A stretch of 64,000 nt of DNA from Prochlorococcus sp. AG-355-B18 (GCA_003280965.1 QCDI01000001.1:210391-274390); one strand, 5' to 3'. Shown: positions 1-9,864, numbered from the stretch's first letter. Notes: a model not told the origin generated them from the sequence alone. Program-made: numbers and translations.

Positions 1-105
1 TATCATTAATTCTGCTTGTTTGATAGCATGTTCAATATTTCTAATTTTTATGTCTCTTATTGAGGGATCTTCTTTACATGCTTTTTTAGTATTTGCATCC
101 AACAT
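1..105 (-). CDS. Partial hypothetical protein (runs off the window start)
   Basis: ATG at 105, frame open to the edge: MLDANTKKACKEDPSIRDIKIRNIEHAIKQAELMI. Confidence 0.6.
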   Translation of the reverse strand, partial: MLDANTKKACKEDPSIRDIKIRNIEHAIKQAELMI

Positions 106-283
106 ATAAGATAAAAATCACCTTTACTATAAACTAAGTTAAAACTCCATAATCTTGCTATCGCAAATTAAATTTAAATAAATTATCATTGCTTTAGGAA
201 CTTTAACCTTAGCTAACCCTCTCTTCAATTGATCGAGTGGGTTTTTTTTATGGTGTAATATACTCCTAGCATTTAATACTAAT

Positions 284-658
284 TTGGAAGATTCAAAACT
301 TAATCCTGAGGAAAATAATTCAACCGAATCGGCCTCCAATTTGAATGAGGAAAATAGAGATCTTAAGGAGGGGAATAAAAAAGAAGAAAATGTTAAGGCA
401 TTTACAGAATTTCTAGAGAAAGCAAGTAATCAAGATTCTTCAGAGGAAAAAGTAAAACTTGATTCTGAACAACAAAACCTAAAAATTGACAAATCACTTT
501 TTAAACAATTCCTTAATAATGGATTTGATGGCATTTCAACTAATCCAAACTATAAAATGTTGGCATTACTAATAATCCTTTTAATTAATTTGTCTCTATT
601 TTTTGTAATTGGCAATATGGGTAAGGCGTTTTTAAGAAATGCAGGAATTATGGGTTAG
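284..658 (+). CDS. Hypothetical protein, acidic N-terminus and C-terminal TM helix
   Basis: 124 aa ORF; hydrophobic MLALLIILLINLSLFFVIG. Confidence 0.7.
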   Translation: MEDSKLNPEENNSTESASNLNEENRDLKEGNKKEENVKAFTEFLEKASNQDSSEEKVKLDSEQQNLKIDKSLFKQFLNNGFDGISTNPNYKMLALLIILLINLSLFFVIGNMGKAFLRNAGIMG

Positions 659-754
659 AAATTATTTATTTCTTTTTGGGTATTCATCTTTACAATTTTG
701 ATTCTTAAAATAAAACTGTGATATTTTCTTGTCAAATTAATATTTAAATAAAAT

Positions 755-916
755 TTGGATAATAAAGAGCCGGAAAATCCAGTCGTTTATCTTTCTAATT
801 TAGTCAAGAAATTAGATGTAAAGAACAGAAATGGTTTAGTAGCCTTAGCAATAGTAAACCTTTTAGTTATTCTTTTATTTAAATTTTATTTGAAAGGATC
901 TGGATTATTATCTTGA
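755..916 (+). CDS. Small membrane protein (53 aa)
   Basis: Hand-translated from TTG: MDNKEPENPVVYLSNLVKKLDVKNRNGLVALAIVNLLVILLFKFYLKGSGLLS. Confidence 0.55.
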   Translation: MDNKEPENPVVYLSNLVKKLDVKNRNGLVALAIVNLLVILLFKFYLKGSGLLS

Positions 917-996
917 ATTTGCCTGCTGGTCTTATAATTCTGCATTTTTAATGGATTTATTCTATAAATTACTAAAAATATAAGTCAGTCTTTTAA

Positions 997-1767
997 TTAA
1001 TTATTAGAGATTTTGTTTGAGTTTAACAAGGAAATTGAAGGCCTTATATAAATAAAAATAGACCCATACATATCCTGCATAATTCTCATTTCTTCGTCTA
1101 AATATACTATTGAAACCTGGCAATTTGGCGATTCTTTATTCCAGGGTAACTTATTCCATACCTCTTTAACTGGATACCATCTATCCATTAGTAATTCACT
1201 AAATAATGGAATCTTATTAAGTCCATCAACTTTGGAAACTTTGGTCTTTTGTAAGTTCATTTCAAGTAAATTATTTCTTAAAACTAAATCACTCGCTAGG
1301 GTTATTACTCTTCCACCAAAAGTAGGTAATAGTTTGAACCAACCTAAGATAGGGATTGTTGTGAGCCCGAATATTGTAGTGTCAAAAGTAGATATAAATT
1401 CTTTTTTGTCAAAATCAATCTTTTGAGCAATTCTCCCAATAGTTGATATACCAAACGATCCTACTTGCAATTGATGTAATTTAAAAAAAAGATTACTTTT
1501 AAATTCATCATTTAATGCCTTTTCAATAGCAAGGAAGAAAGGAGAACTTCGAAATAATTCAACATTAGAAAAAATCAATTCCCACTCTCCAGACAATGAT
1601 TTTTCTGATATTTCAAAACTAAAGTCTTTAAGAGCCTCAATCAATTCATCCATTTCATTAGCTTTTTCCTCATACATAGGAGAAATTAATTTATTTAATC
1701 TTTGCCCTCTATCTGTAACAGCAGCTATTTTATATATATTTGACTTTATCTCTCCAATTTCTTTCAT
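997..1767 (-). CDS. PAP/fibrillin family protein
   Basis: TDRGQ, LSGEWELIFS and IVYLDEEMRI fibrillin motifs. Confidence 0.85.
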   Translation of the reverse strand: MKEIGEIKSNIYKIAAVTDRGQRLNKLISPMYEEKANEMDELIEALKDFSFEISEKSLSGEWELIFSNVELFRSSPFFLAIEKALNDEFKSNLFFKLHQLQVGSFGISTIGRIAQKIDFDKKEFISTFDTTIFGLTTIPILGWFKLLPTFGGRVITLASDLVLRNNLLEMNLQKTKVSKVDGLNKIPLFSELLMDRWYPVKEVWNKLPWNKESPNCQVSIVYLDEEMRIMQDMYGSIFIYIRPSISLLNSNKISNN

Positions 1768-1852
1768 AACTCCAATACAAGAAATACTAGTTAATCTTAG
1801 GAATTTAATTTGAAGTTGATGGCAATTTTAATAATGCTGGTAATAATATCAA

Positions 1853-2035
1853 TTAATATTCTCCCCACCTTTTACCAATATCAAAACCCCATTCAGTGGT
1901 TAATTTAATTACTTCATCATGATTTTTACATTTTGAAAGGGATAACTTTTTACTAGGATTATTTTTTATTAGCTCAGCAATTTGATTAAGTTGCTCTATT
2001 TTTTTTAGAAAATTACTTAGATCTTTTTCTGACAT
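1853..2035 (-). CDS. Nif11-like domain protein
   Basis: MSEKDLSNFLKK...DEVIKLTTEWGFDI, Nif11-like pattern. Confidence 0.7.
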   Translation of the reverse strand: MSEKDLSNFLKKIEQLNQIAELIKNNPSKKLSLSKCKNHDEVIKLTTEWGFDIGKRWGEY

Positions 2036-2273
2036 TTATCTAAGAACTAAATTTTTGATCATAAGTAAATATGTAATAAAGAACCCATGCAACACCAATA
2101 ATAAGAATTCCAATCATTATATTTACTGACCAAACTACTTCTATCATGTAATTTTTTTGTATATTTTTAATATATCCAAAATTTACAATAAATTAACCGT
2201 TAATAATTTAAATCTAGAACAATCCACTACTTTTGCTAAGTGTATAAAATAGTCTTAAATAGATTAAAAAATT

Positions 2274-2453
2274 ATGGGAGAAGCTAAGAGAAGGGAAGAG
2301 TTAGGCTTACCACCTAGAGAAAAGAAAAAGGAAAAACAAACATCGAAAAATCAACTAAACAAAATTTTAAATAAATATCCTTATTTACCTTTCATTTTAG
2401 GTTTTTCATTACTAGCAATATTAATTATCGACTTAGTTAATTACTACAAATAG
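2274..2453 (+). CDS. DUF2839 family small membrane protein (59 aa)
   Basis: Hand-translated MGEAKRREELGLPPREKK...PFILGFSLLAILII. Confidence 0.8.
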   Translation: MGEAKRREELGLPPREKKKEKQTSKNQLNKILNKYPYLPFILGFSLLAILIIDLVNYYK

Positions 2454-2538
2454 ATATATAAAAAAGGGATATTTTTTTCTCGAAAAAAGATTATCTTCGC
2501 AATTGCGAAATTATTTTTCCATAATAAAAATAAAACTT

Positions 2539-2724
2539 ATGAAACCGATTAGAACCACATGTGCCTCAATTTTAGGAGCACTAACTTTGTTTTCAATATC
2601 TAATGCAAATGCAGGTGGCTGCAGTACTCCTACTGAGAAGAAGGCAGAAATTGAATGCTTGTCTGAAGATAAAAAATGTATAGATACGAAAGAAAAAGAA
2701 TCACTATACAAAGTTGAGGTCTAA
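2539..2724 (+). CDS. Small secreted hypothetical protein
   Basis: MKPIRTT...ANA signal-like N-terminus; Cys residues in the mature part. Confidence 0.6.
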   Translation: MKPIRTTCASILGALTLFSISNANAGGCSTPTEKKAEIECLSEDKKCIDTKEKESLYKVEV

Positions 2725-3027
2725 ATGTTTGATAATCTTGGAACTGCTCTAGTACAGGCATTAGGCTTTTTTGCCGTTTTTGGTTTTTTTGTGTATCAAA
2801 CTTTATTTGCAGATAGTAAACCCAAAAATTCAAAATCAAATCCTAAAAAAACAAAGATTTCCGACACAAAAGAATCAATCAAAAAAGAACCCAAAAAAGG
2901 CTTATTTAAAAGAAAATCTAAACCTGTTGAAGAGAATTTACCAGTCCAAAAAAAGGGATTATTTGGGAGAAAGAAAGAAGTTATTAAAGAAGAGATTAAG
3001 CCAAAGAAAAAAGGTTGGTTTAAATAG
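2725..3027 (+). CDS. Membrane-anchored Lys-rich hypothetical protein
   Basis: N-terminal TM helix; repeated KKG(L/W)F motifs. Confidence 0.65.
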   Translation: MFDNLGTALVQALGFFAVFGFFVYQTLFADSKPKNSKSNPKKTKISDTKESIKKEPKKGLFKRKSKPVEENLPVQKKGLFGRKKEVIKEEIKPKKKGWFK

Positions 3028-3113
3028 GTAAAGATACTTAAACTCTATTTTGATATCTTTTATACAAAAAATTTTTTTAGTAACTTTATAATTTATAGAA
3101 GTTAATATTAAAA

Positions 3114-3248
3114 ATGAACCATAGAGAAATCACAAAAAAATATAGTGAGTTACTTAACAAAGCTGAGTTTGCTACTGGCCGTAAGGAAGTTGTAGGTCTT
3201 TTAAAAAAAGCTGCAAAATTGAAATCTCAGATTGAAATCAATTATTAA
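3114..3248 (+). CDS. Small hypothetical protein (44 aa)
   Basis: Hand-translated MNHREITKKYSELLNKAEFATGRKEVVGLLKKAAKLKSQIEINY. Confidence 0.6.
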   Translation: MNHREITKKYSELLNKAEFATGRKEVVGLLKKAAKLKSQIEINY

Positions 3249-3333
3249 ATTTACAAATTAGTTTAATTCTAAATGTAAAAAGTTTTTTTAAATAAGTTTT
3301 TACATGAGATAATCTGCATAGATTATTTTCCTT

Positions 3334-3513
3334 ATGAATAAAAAAGGTTATACAACCGAAAGTGGTGGTAGACAGAATGGTTTCGCAATAGAACCAGAAA
3401 TTAACCCCATATCAGAGGGCGAATCAAAGAAATCCCTATTTCTATTTATTGGAATATTATTACCTTTTCTAATAGGCGGTTTTTATTATTTAAGGACTCT
3501 AAATATATTCTGA
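3334..3513 (+). CDS. Ssl1498/Psb34-like small membrane protein (59 aa)
   Basis: YTTESGGRQNGFAIEP motif followed by a C-terminal TM helix. Confidence 0.7.
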   Translation: MNKKGYTTESGGRQNGFAIEPEINPISEGESKKSLFLFIGILLPFLIGGFYYLRTLNIF

Positions 3514-3517
3514 TATT

Positions 3518-3697
3518 CTATAAGCCATTTTTAGCAATATATTCTTCTGAACTAACTATATCTTGCATTAAGCTCTCTGATGAAGGATTAAATCCATTTT
3601 GCTCTAAAAAAGATTTAACCTTTTCAAATTTTTGCTGAATTTTTTTTGTATATGGAGTTGTCATCAAATAATCATCTTTTTCTGTTGAATAGTTCAT
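3518..3697 (-). CDS. Small hypothetical protein (59 aa)
   Basis: Hand-translated MNYSTEKDDYLMTTPYTKKIQQKFEKVKSFLEQNGF... Confidence 0.5.
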   Translation of the reverse strand: MNYSTEKDDYLMTTPYTKKIQQKFEKVKSFLEQNGFNPSSESLMQDIVSSEEYIAKNGL

Positions 3698-3832
3698 TTG
3701 ATTAACGGATTACTTTTACATTTAAATTCTGCAAAATATACAATTGCTAGTGAAGTTATAAATATTACATAAATAATTTAATAGTAATAAATACTTATAA
3801 GTTGTTTATGTGAGATCGCTATTGGTTGATAT

Positions 3833-4120
3833 TTAAAGCGTACTTATAGTAACTAGTTCCATTAAATCTCTAGATTGCAGATATTTTTGAAATACTTCAG
3901 AATAAAATGCTTTTTTAGCAGCAAATTTTGATTCGAATTCTATTACTAATCCAAGCTGCCCTCCGTCCCATTCATTTGAGGTTGATTCTTGTATCAAATC
4001 TCTTTTTACTATTACTCCTCCCACAGATTTAATCCAAGGCAATACTGTCCTTATATATTCCAGAAATAAATCAGCATTTGGAATTGAAATTTTCTTTAGC
4101 CAATAGCTCTTTGTCATCAA
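3833..4120 (-). CDS. DUF1330 family protein
   Basis: SVGG...LVIEFESKFAAKKAFYSEVFQ. Confidence 0.75.
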   Translation of the reverse strand: MMTKSYWLKKISIPNADLFLEYIRTVLPWIKSVGGVIVKRDLIQESTSNEWDGGQLGLVIEFESKFAAKKAFYSEVFQKYLQSRDLMELVTISTL

Positions 4121-4195
4121 ATCAACATATTCCGAGTAGAATATAGCACATTGAGGTAAGTATTTATCCTTAGCTATATACTCAGCGGTTATTTA

Positions 4196-4737
4196 ATGGA
4201 ATCCGAAGATGATTTATTAAATTTAATTCTTAAATCTCCAAATTCAGAGTGTATAAAGACTATTGCCGAACAACTTGAAATTGATCATAGTTTTTCTTTT
4301 AGCAAAGATAAAAATGATTTACAGGGTGTTTGGGAGCTTAGGTGGAGTAGTTCTAACAGTCCTTTTAAATTATTCTCCTTTTATTGATAACCTTCAAATT
4401 CTTGATCCCTTTAATTTAAATGGTCTTAATTTACTTAAACCTAAAGGAATAAAATCAATTATTGGTACTGGTATTTTAATAAGACTTTATTACATAAATG
4501 AAAAAAAAATTGGGGTCAAATTTACACATGCTGGTGTTATAGGTCCTAAATTTGGAAAAAAAAAATATAAAGGCTATGAAAGAAATAAATAATGAACAAT
4601 TAGGGTGGTTAGAGATAACTTATTTAAGTAATAAGCTTAGAATCTGCAGAGGTGATAAAGGAACTTTATTAGTTTTAAGAAAAATAAATTCACCGACTTT
4701 ATTTAAGAATTTTAAGGAATTTATTAAAATCTATTAA
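4196..4737 (+). pseudogene. PAP/fibrillin family gene split by two frameshifts
   Basis: Three overlapping ORFs join into one fibrillin (LQGVWELRWS ... GWLEITYLSNKLRICRGDKG); breaks at T4 (4363-4366) and A10 (4556-4565). Confidence 0.8.
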
Positions 4738-4746
4738 AAATATAAA

Positions 4747-5040
4747 TTAATTCTTTATCCAAATAGTCTTTAATACGAAATAAATTGGAAAATATTTAAA
4801 AGATTCTTTAGGTATTTCATAACTTAAGAATTTTAGTGCTTCTTCTAACCAGTAACCAATATCAAATCCTAAAAGAAATTTTTCTACAACAAACCAAAAT
4901 TCTTTATCAAATATAATTCTGAAGTTTAAATAAATATATTCCCAATGAAAGGTATTCCAATATTGGGTTAAAAATGAGGATAAAATAAGCCAAAGCGATA
5001 TAAATAAAAAACTTTTAAGAAATTTATAAAATTTTTTCAT
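4747..5040 (-). CDS. Hypothetical membrane protein
   Basis: 97 aa aromatic/hydrophobic ORF. Confidence 0.55.
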   Translation of the reverse strand: MKKFYKFLKSFLFISLWLILSSFLTQYWNTFHWEYIYLNFRIIFDKEFWFVVEKFLLGFDIGYWLEEALKFLSYEIPKESFKYFPIYFVLKTIWIKN

Positions 5041-5417
5041 ATATCAGCAGCTGTATTATTGAATTTCTAATATCACTTATTATTATTTGGATCAAATTTT
5101 ATTTCCATGAAATATATCCAAAAAGATATAAAAATATTGAGAAAATAGTAAATTTTCGTGTCATTAACAATCTATCCTTTTTTATTTATATTCTGTGCCT
5201 TTAGATTTTTATTCTTAAGAAAAAATCCTAAAAACAGAAAAGCAAAATATATCAGTAAACTTATACCAAAAATTAAAACTATCTTTGAAATATCCATAAA
5301 TAATTCTTTTAATATAAATTAAAGCATTTTTTGCAAAGTTTTATCTATGGGTAATGATTTTTCATTTATCACGATAACGAGCTTCAATTATTAAGCTAAT
5401 AATATTATTTAAATCAT

Positions 5418-5822
5418 ATGGAAGTAACTTTTGCCTGGAGCCTTTGTATATCGGTTGGGGTTGTTTTATTATCAATTATTCCATTAACTATAGGGAGAAT
5501 TAAAGCCGGATATTCTGTTGAAAACATGTCAGCCCCAAGGGCTTTATTTGAGGAACTCCCTGATTTTGGTAAAAGAGCAGTTTGGTGTCATCAAAATTGT
5601 TGGGAAAGTATCTCTTTACATGCGCCAGCATGTCTTTTTTGTTTGATTACTTTAACCGATTCAAATATTGCAATTATTGCAGCATGGGTTCATCCTATTT
5701 TCCGTTTTTTATATATTGGTGCCTATGTTTTTAATATTCCAACAGCAAGAGGTTTAATGTGGGCTTCAGGTATCCTTACAACATTATTGTTATATAAAGA
5801 GGCCCTAACCCAATTGATATAA
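5418..5822 (+). CDS. MAPEG family protein
   Basis: RAVWCHQNCWE and RFLYIGAY motifs; several TM helices. Confidence 0.85.
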   Translation: MEVTFAWSLCISVGVVLLSIIPLTIGRIKAGYSVENMSAPRALFEELPDFGKRAVWCHQNCWESISLHAPACLFCLITLTDSNIAIIAAWVHPIFRFLYIGAYVFNIPTARGLMWASGILTTLLLYKEALTQLI

Positions 5823-5827
5823 ATTAT

Positions 5828-6694
5828 TTAAACAATAAACTTTTCTAAATCTTTTAACTGATATTCATTGATTAGTTCCACTTTATTTGATTTTGCAAGT
5901 TGTTGGGCAGACTTTGTAAAGCCAGATTTTGAAACTAATATTGCATGAGTACCTTTCCAAAATAATTTACCTGCTGAAATTTCTTGAACAGCTTTATTTC
6001 CAATAGCTTTTTCATGATCTTTGCATTGTATGCATATTCTCAAACCATCTATTGATGCAATTAAGTCAACACCTTGATCCCCAGTACTAGGTGTTTCTTT
6101 TACTTCCCAGCCATTTTGTTTAAGAATTTCCATACAATGATTTTCAAATTTGATGCCTTTTTTATAGCTTTGATTATTTTTTTTTGGGTTATTATCTTCT
6201 AGGTTTAAACATGATTTCTCTATTTGACTTGCTATAAATACATACCAATCTTCAGTTTCGAGTTTTCTAATTGATCCAATTATCTCATCATTAATAGTAG
6301 GATTTTGATAACAATACGATCTCCACTTTTCGAAAAATAATTCCATAGTTCCAAATTTTTTTAAAATTACTTTTTCCCAAAAATATGGTATTCCCTCTTT
6401 AAATCGCTTGGATCCATTTAATATATTTTTCTCGATGGCTTTTACATCAAGAGGTGGATTCCCAATCCATTTTTTGTAATCCTCGTTACCATAAGCATCT
6501 ATTTCCCTTAATCTGATCCTTTCTTCTAACAAATTGTATTTGTTTTCTTCTATTAAATAATTAATTGTTTGAATAAATAAATTTGAATTTAGGGCATTAA
6601 TTAATTTAAACCTTTTCCTTTTAATTTGATAATCTCTAACAATTATAAAAATTAAAAAAATAAAAAAAATTATTAAAATAAAAAAAATTGTCAT
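5828..6694 (-). CDS. Mrr-type restriction endonuclease domain protein with N-terminal TM anchor
   Basis: C-terminal GIKFE...GDQGVDL...IQCK...AVQE...GFTKSA. Confidence 0.85.
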   Translation of the reverse strand: MTIFFILIIFFIFLIFIIVRDYQIKRKRFKLINALNSNLFIQTINYLIEENKYNLLEERIRLREIDAYGNEDYKKWIGNPPLDVKAIEKNILNGSKRFKEGIPYFWEKVILKKFGTMELFFEKWRSYCYQNPTINDEIIGSIRKLETEDWYVFIASQIEKSCLNLEDNNPKKNNQSYKKGIKFENHCMEILKQNGWEVKETPSTGDQGVDLIASIDGLRICIQCKDHEKAIGNKAVQEISAGKLFWKGTHAILVSKSGFTKSAQQLAKSNKVELINEYQLKDLEKFIV

Positions 6695-6714
6695 TAAAGA
6701 TTTTTATTTCCGAT

Positions 6715-6966
6715 CTAAAAAGTTTTTGTTTTTCTAATAACAAAATTATTTTTTGTTATTACTGAAGATTCATTTACTTCAAACCCATTAATTGCTGATA
6801 TTTCTCCTTTTATTCCTTCTAGCGTTAATTGCTCGATAATACCTTTTATCACTTCATCTTCGACCAATTTCCTATCAATCCTTTCAGGTGTAATATCTGT
6901 AAGCCATTTTGAGGTCTTTTTTTTCACAACCTCTGTAGGGTTTGTTATTTTTAGATAGATAGCCAT
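6715..6966 (-). CDS. Hypothetical protein
   Basis: 83 aa ORF in a minus-strand run. Confidence 0.65.
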   Translation of the reverse strand: MAIYLKITNPTEVVKKKTSKWLTDITPERIDRKLVEDEVIKGIIEQLTLEGIKGEISAINGFEVNESSVITKNNFVIRKTKTF

Positions 6967-7006
6967 TTTTTTAGTCTTTCAGTTGAATTATAAGCATTAA
7001 TTCTTT

Positions 7007-7204
7007 CTAGCTTTTATTATTGTCATTACTTTCCCACTCAAGAAATTGAAAGACAAATATTGCAAAGATAGAGAAAAATATTATAAACAATCCTAACCAT
7101 CCTATGAATTTGTGCTCTGTAAAAAGATTTGTAAGCATAGATTTTTCTTGATATCTTGATTCCATTTCATATTGGTAAGAGTCAATAACTTGAAATATAT
7201 TCAT
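7007..7204 (-). CDS. Small membrane protein
   Basis: TM segment FIGWLGLFIIFFSIFAIFVF; start choice uncertain. Confidence 0.6.
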   Translation of the reverse strand: MNIFQVIDSYQYEMESRYQEKSMLTNLFTEHKFIGWLGLFIIFFSIFAIFVFQFLEWESNDNNKS

Positions 7205-7247
7205 AATTAATAAATTTAATAAATTGCTCAATTAACTGATAATAATT

Positions 7248-7667
7248 TCAACCGTTTAATTTAATAAAGGCTTCTGATAGGAAATCTGGTCGTTTTCTTA
7301 TTATAGAAAAATTCAGTTTATTTATTAAGACTAAATTGACTTCAGCAATAGTTAAGATTTCATTTTTCTTGTTAAGAAACTTTGAAATTACATTAATTCT
7401 GGGACTTTTTTCAATATTAAATTCACTTTCGATTGTTATTTTCTCACCAAGAAATAAAGGAGATTTATATGTTATTGAAGTATTGATTAAAGGTAAATCT
7501 AAGCCTTTTTTAGTAAGTTCAAAATAGCTAATACCTACTTCTAAAAGTGCATTTATGCGGCTTTCTTCAAGCCAATTAAAATATGTACCGTGCCACATTA
7601 CTCCTGCATGGTCTGCATGTTGAGGTAAAACAATTTTTTCTAATTTCCAAACTGGTTTTGAATTCAT
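7248..7667 (-). CDS. Acyl-CoA thioesterase (4HBT/YbgC family)
   Basis: DHAGVMWHGTYFNWLEESR motif. Confidence 0.9.
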   Translation of the reverse strand: MNSKPVWKLEKIVLPQHADHAGVMWHGTYFNWLEESRINALLEVGISYFELTKKGLDLPLINTSITYKSPLFLGEKITIESEFNIEKSPRINVISKFLNKKNEILTIAEVNLVLINKLNFSIIRKRPDFLSEAFIKLNG

Positions 7668-7773
7668 TTTTTAGTTAAAAAATATTTTTATTCAATGAAA
7701 AAAGCTTATTTTAATATTGGAGATCAATATTCTTTCTTAATATAAGAATCACCAAAACTATATTAATAAATTT

Positions 7774-8010
7774 ATGTTTAATCGTAATAATAGGGGAAGA
7801 AAAATGAAGAAGATTTTTCAATGGGAAGATTATTTAAATTGGAAAAATATGTCAAAAGAACAGAAATTAAATTTTAAGAGGGCGTGTTTATTCCCTTTTC
7901 TTGTGTATATAGTTTATATTTTTCTTAATCAGTACTCTTTAGCAATTCTTTTATTATTAGGTCTTTATTTTTTAATTAGATTTAAAAATAGAAATAAGTT
8001 AGGAAGATAA
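7774..8010 (+). CDS. Hypothetical membrane protein
   Basis: Two hydrophobic segments. Confidence 0.55.
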   Translation: MFNRNNRGRKMKKIFQWEDYLNWKNMSKEQKLNFKRACLFPFLVYIVYIFLNQYSLAILLLLGLYFLIRFKNRNKLGR

Positions 8011-8110
8011 ATATTTTTTACTTTTATTTATTTAGATTTGTTTTAAAATTTTCAGAATTTTCCAAATAACTTTATTGGCATAAGAAGATAGCATTAGATA
8101 AAATTTTTTT

Positions 8111-8350
8111 ATGAAAAGAATTATTTTGTTTTTATGTGTATTAGTTTTTTCAATATTTTCTAATACAAATAATTTATTAGCAAAAGAAATTGGAAATAAC
8201 ATTAAAGATGATATTTCTAATGAAATTGAAGAAATTAAGTCTGATAATAATAAAAAAACCAATATTTCTAATTCTTCTGCAGAAGATATATTTGGTGATG
8301 AACAAACATTTCCGTTCGTTGCAGGTTTAGGGAAAAATGCAGCCCATTGA
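8111..8350 (+). CDS. Secreted hypothetical protein
   Basis: MKRIILFL signal; C-terminus EDIFGDEQTFPFVAGLGKNAAH. Confidence 0.7.
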   Translation: MKRIILFLCVLVFSIFSNTNNLLAKEIGNNIKDDISNEIEEIKSDNNKKTNISNSSAEDIFGDEQTFPFVAGLGKNAAH

Positions 8351-8394
8351 TCTTAAAGTTTTTGATCATGTAGAAAAAGATTTTTTTCATATTA

Positions 8395-8559
8395 ATGAAA
8401 GGTCTTAGAATCCTAGAGCTTTCTGAAGCACTTAATGTTGATAGCGCTGATTTATTGGCTGTTTCTGCAATTCTAAAAATAAAAGCTACTTCAAGATTAA
8501 GCATGCTTTCATTTGAAGAATGTAAAAAGATTACTGATTATTATGAAAATAAAAAATAA
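8395..8559 (+). CDS. IF-2 N-terminal domain-like small protein (54 aa)
   Basis: Hand-translated MKGLRILELSEALNVDSADLLAVSAILKIKATSRLSML... Confidence 0.7.
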   Translation: MKGLRILELSEALNVDSADLLAVSAILKIKATSRLSMLSFEECKKITDYYENKK

Positions 8560-8580
8560 ATTTCTTCTGATAAAAAAAAT

Positions 8581-8838
8581 TTATTCTTTAATTTCTCTAA
8601 TCATTGATACTAAAGTTGAATGAATTTCTTCTTCAGATATTTCATTCTTAAAATTGATAAATGCTGATTGGCCATCGTAATTGATTTTTATATAACTGTT
8701 ATTTATTTCTTCCATATAAGCATTTTCAAAGCTTGATATATTCCCATAATGAATAAGATATTTGTGAACTGAATCCATATGATCTTTGTTCATATGATCA
8801 CATACCCTTTTACTTGTTTCTTTACTAATTATTTTCAT
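8581..8838 (-). CDS. DUF2470 domain protein
   Basis: RVCDHMNKDHMD motif. Confidence 0.85.
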   Translation of the reverse strand: MKIISKETSKRVCDHMNKDHMDSVHKYLIHYGNISSFENAYMEEINNSYIKINYDGQSAFINFKNEISEEEIHSTLVSMIREIKE

Positions 8839-8856
8839 TTGAAGAATAAATTTGCT

Positions 8857-9864
8857 CTAAGCTAATGTATTTTTTTCATTATTCAAAGTTTTAATCATTT
8901 TATTTAGTAAATTTTTAACTTCATTTTTATCAACAGCTCTAACCAAATTATTTCGCAAATTTGATGCACCTTTAAAATCTTTGCATGTCCATGAAATATG
9001 CTTCCTGGCAATTAGCAAGCCGTGATCTCCTTTTTCTTTTATTAATTCATCAAGGTGCTCAATAATTAAATGTAGTTTTTCTTCCGCGTTTGGCTCTTTA
9101 AAATTTTTATTTTCTCTAATTGCATAATCTATTTCTCCTATCTTCCATGGGGAACCCAGAATCCCTCGTCCAATCATCACACCATCAGCATTTGTTTTTT
9201 TTAAGCAATTAAGAGCGTCATCTGGATTTTTGATATCTCCATTAGCAATTACTGGAATTTCCAATAATTTTTTAAGTCTACCAATCATTTCCCAATCTGA
9301 CTTACCCGAAAATCCTTGTTTTCTTGTTCTTCCATGAAGGGTAATCATTGTTGCTCCCGCGTCTTGAAGCTTAAACAAAAAGTCCTCTATATTTTCTTCT
9401 TTACTATCCCATCCCAGTCGTGTTTTTACTGTAACTGGAACTTTAACAGCTTTTACGACATTTTTGACTAATTCTATGGCAAGTTTTCTGTCTTTAATCA
9501 AGGCACTGCCTCCACCTTTCTTTGCAATTTTTTTTACTGGACATCCCATATTTATATCAATTAAAAAAGCTCCAGAGTCCTCAGCTTGTTTGGCAGCTTC
9601 AGAAACAGCATGTGGTCTATTATCAAATATTTGTACTCCAACTGGACCTTCTTCTAAATTTATTTGATTGATTTTTTGTGCACCAAATCCTTTTTTAAGA
9701 CTTGTTGCATTTATCATTTCTGTAAAAAGTAAAGAGTTTGGAGCCCATTTACGAACAAGCCGCCTAAAAATGTTATCTGTAACTCCTGCTAAGGGCGATA
9801 GCATTACTTTACTCATAATTATCCTGTTAACCCCCCTTCCTTTTAGGATTATATTTGGAGACAT
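8857..9864 (-). CDS. dusB: tRNA-dihydrouridine synthase
   Basis: LSPLAGVTD, DINMGCP, LHGRTR, IANGDI, VMIGRG. Confidence 0.95.
   Translation of the reverse strand: MSPNIILKGRGVNRIIMSKVMLSPLAGVTDNIFRRLVRKWAPNSLLFTEMINATSLKKGFGAQKINQINLEEGPVGVQIFDNRPHAVSEAAKQAEDSGAFLIDINMGCPVKKIAKKGGGSALIKDRKLAIELVKNVVKAVKVPVTVKTRLGWDSKEENIEDFLFKLQDAGATMITLHGRTRKQGFSGKSDWEMIGRLKKLLEIPVIANGDIKNPDDALNCLKKTNADGVMIGRGILGSPWKIGEIDYAIRENKNFKEPNAEEKLHLIIEHLDELIKEKGDHGLLIARKHISWTCKDFKGASNLRNNLVRAVDKNEVKNLLNKMIKTLNNEKNTLA

Noticed and set aside
1853..2035. Prochlorosin (ProcA) lanthipeptide precursor
   Set aside because: Nif11-like, but no Gly-Gly cleavage site, no Cys/Ser/Thr core peptide and no LanM in the window
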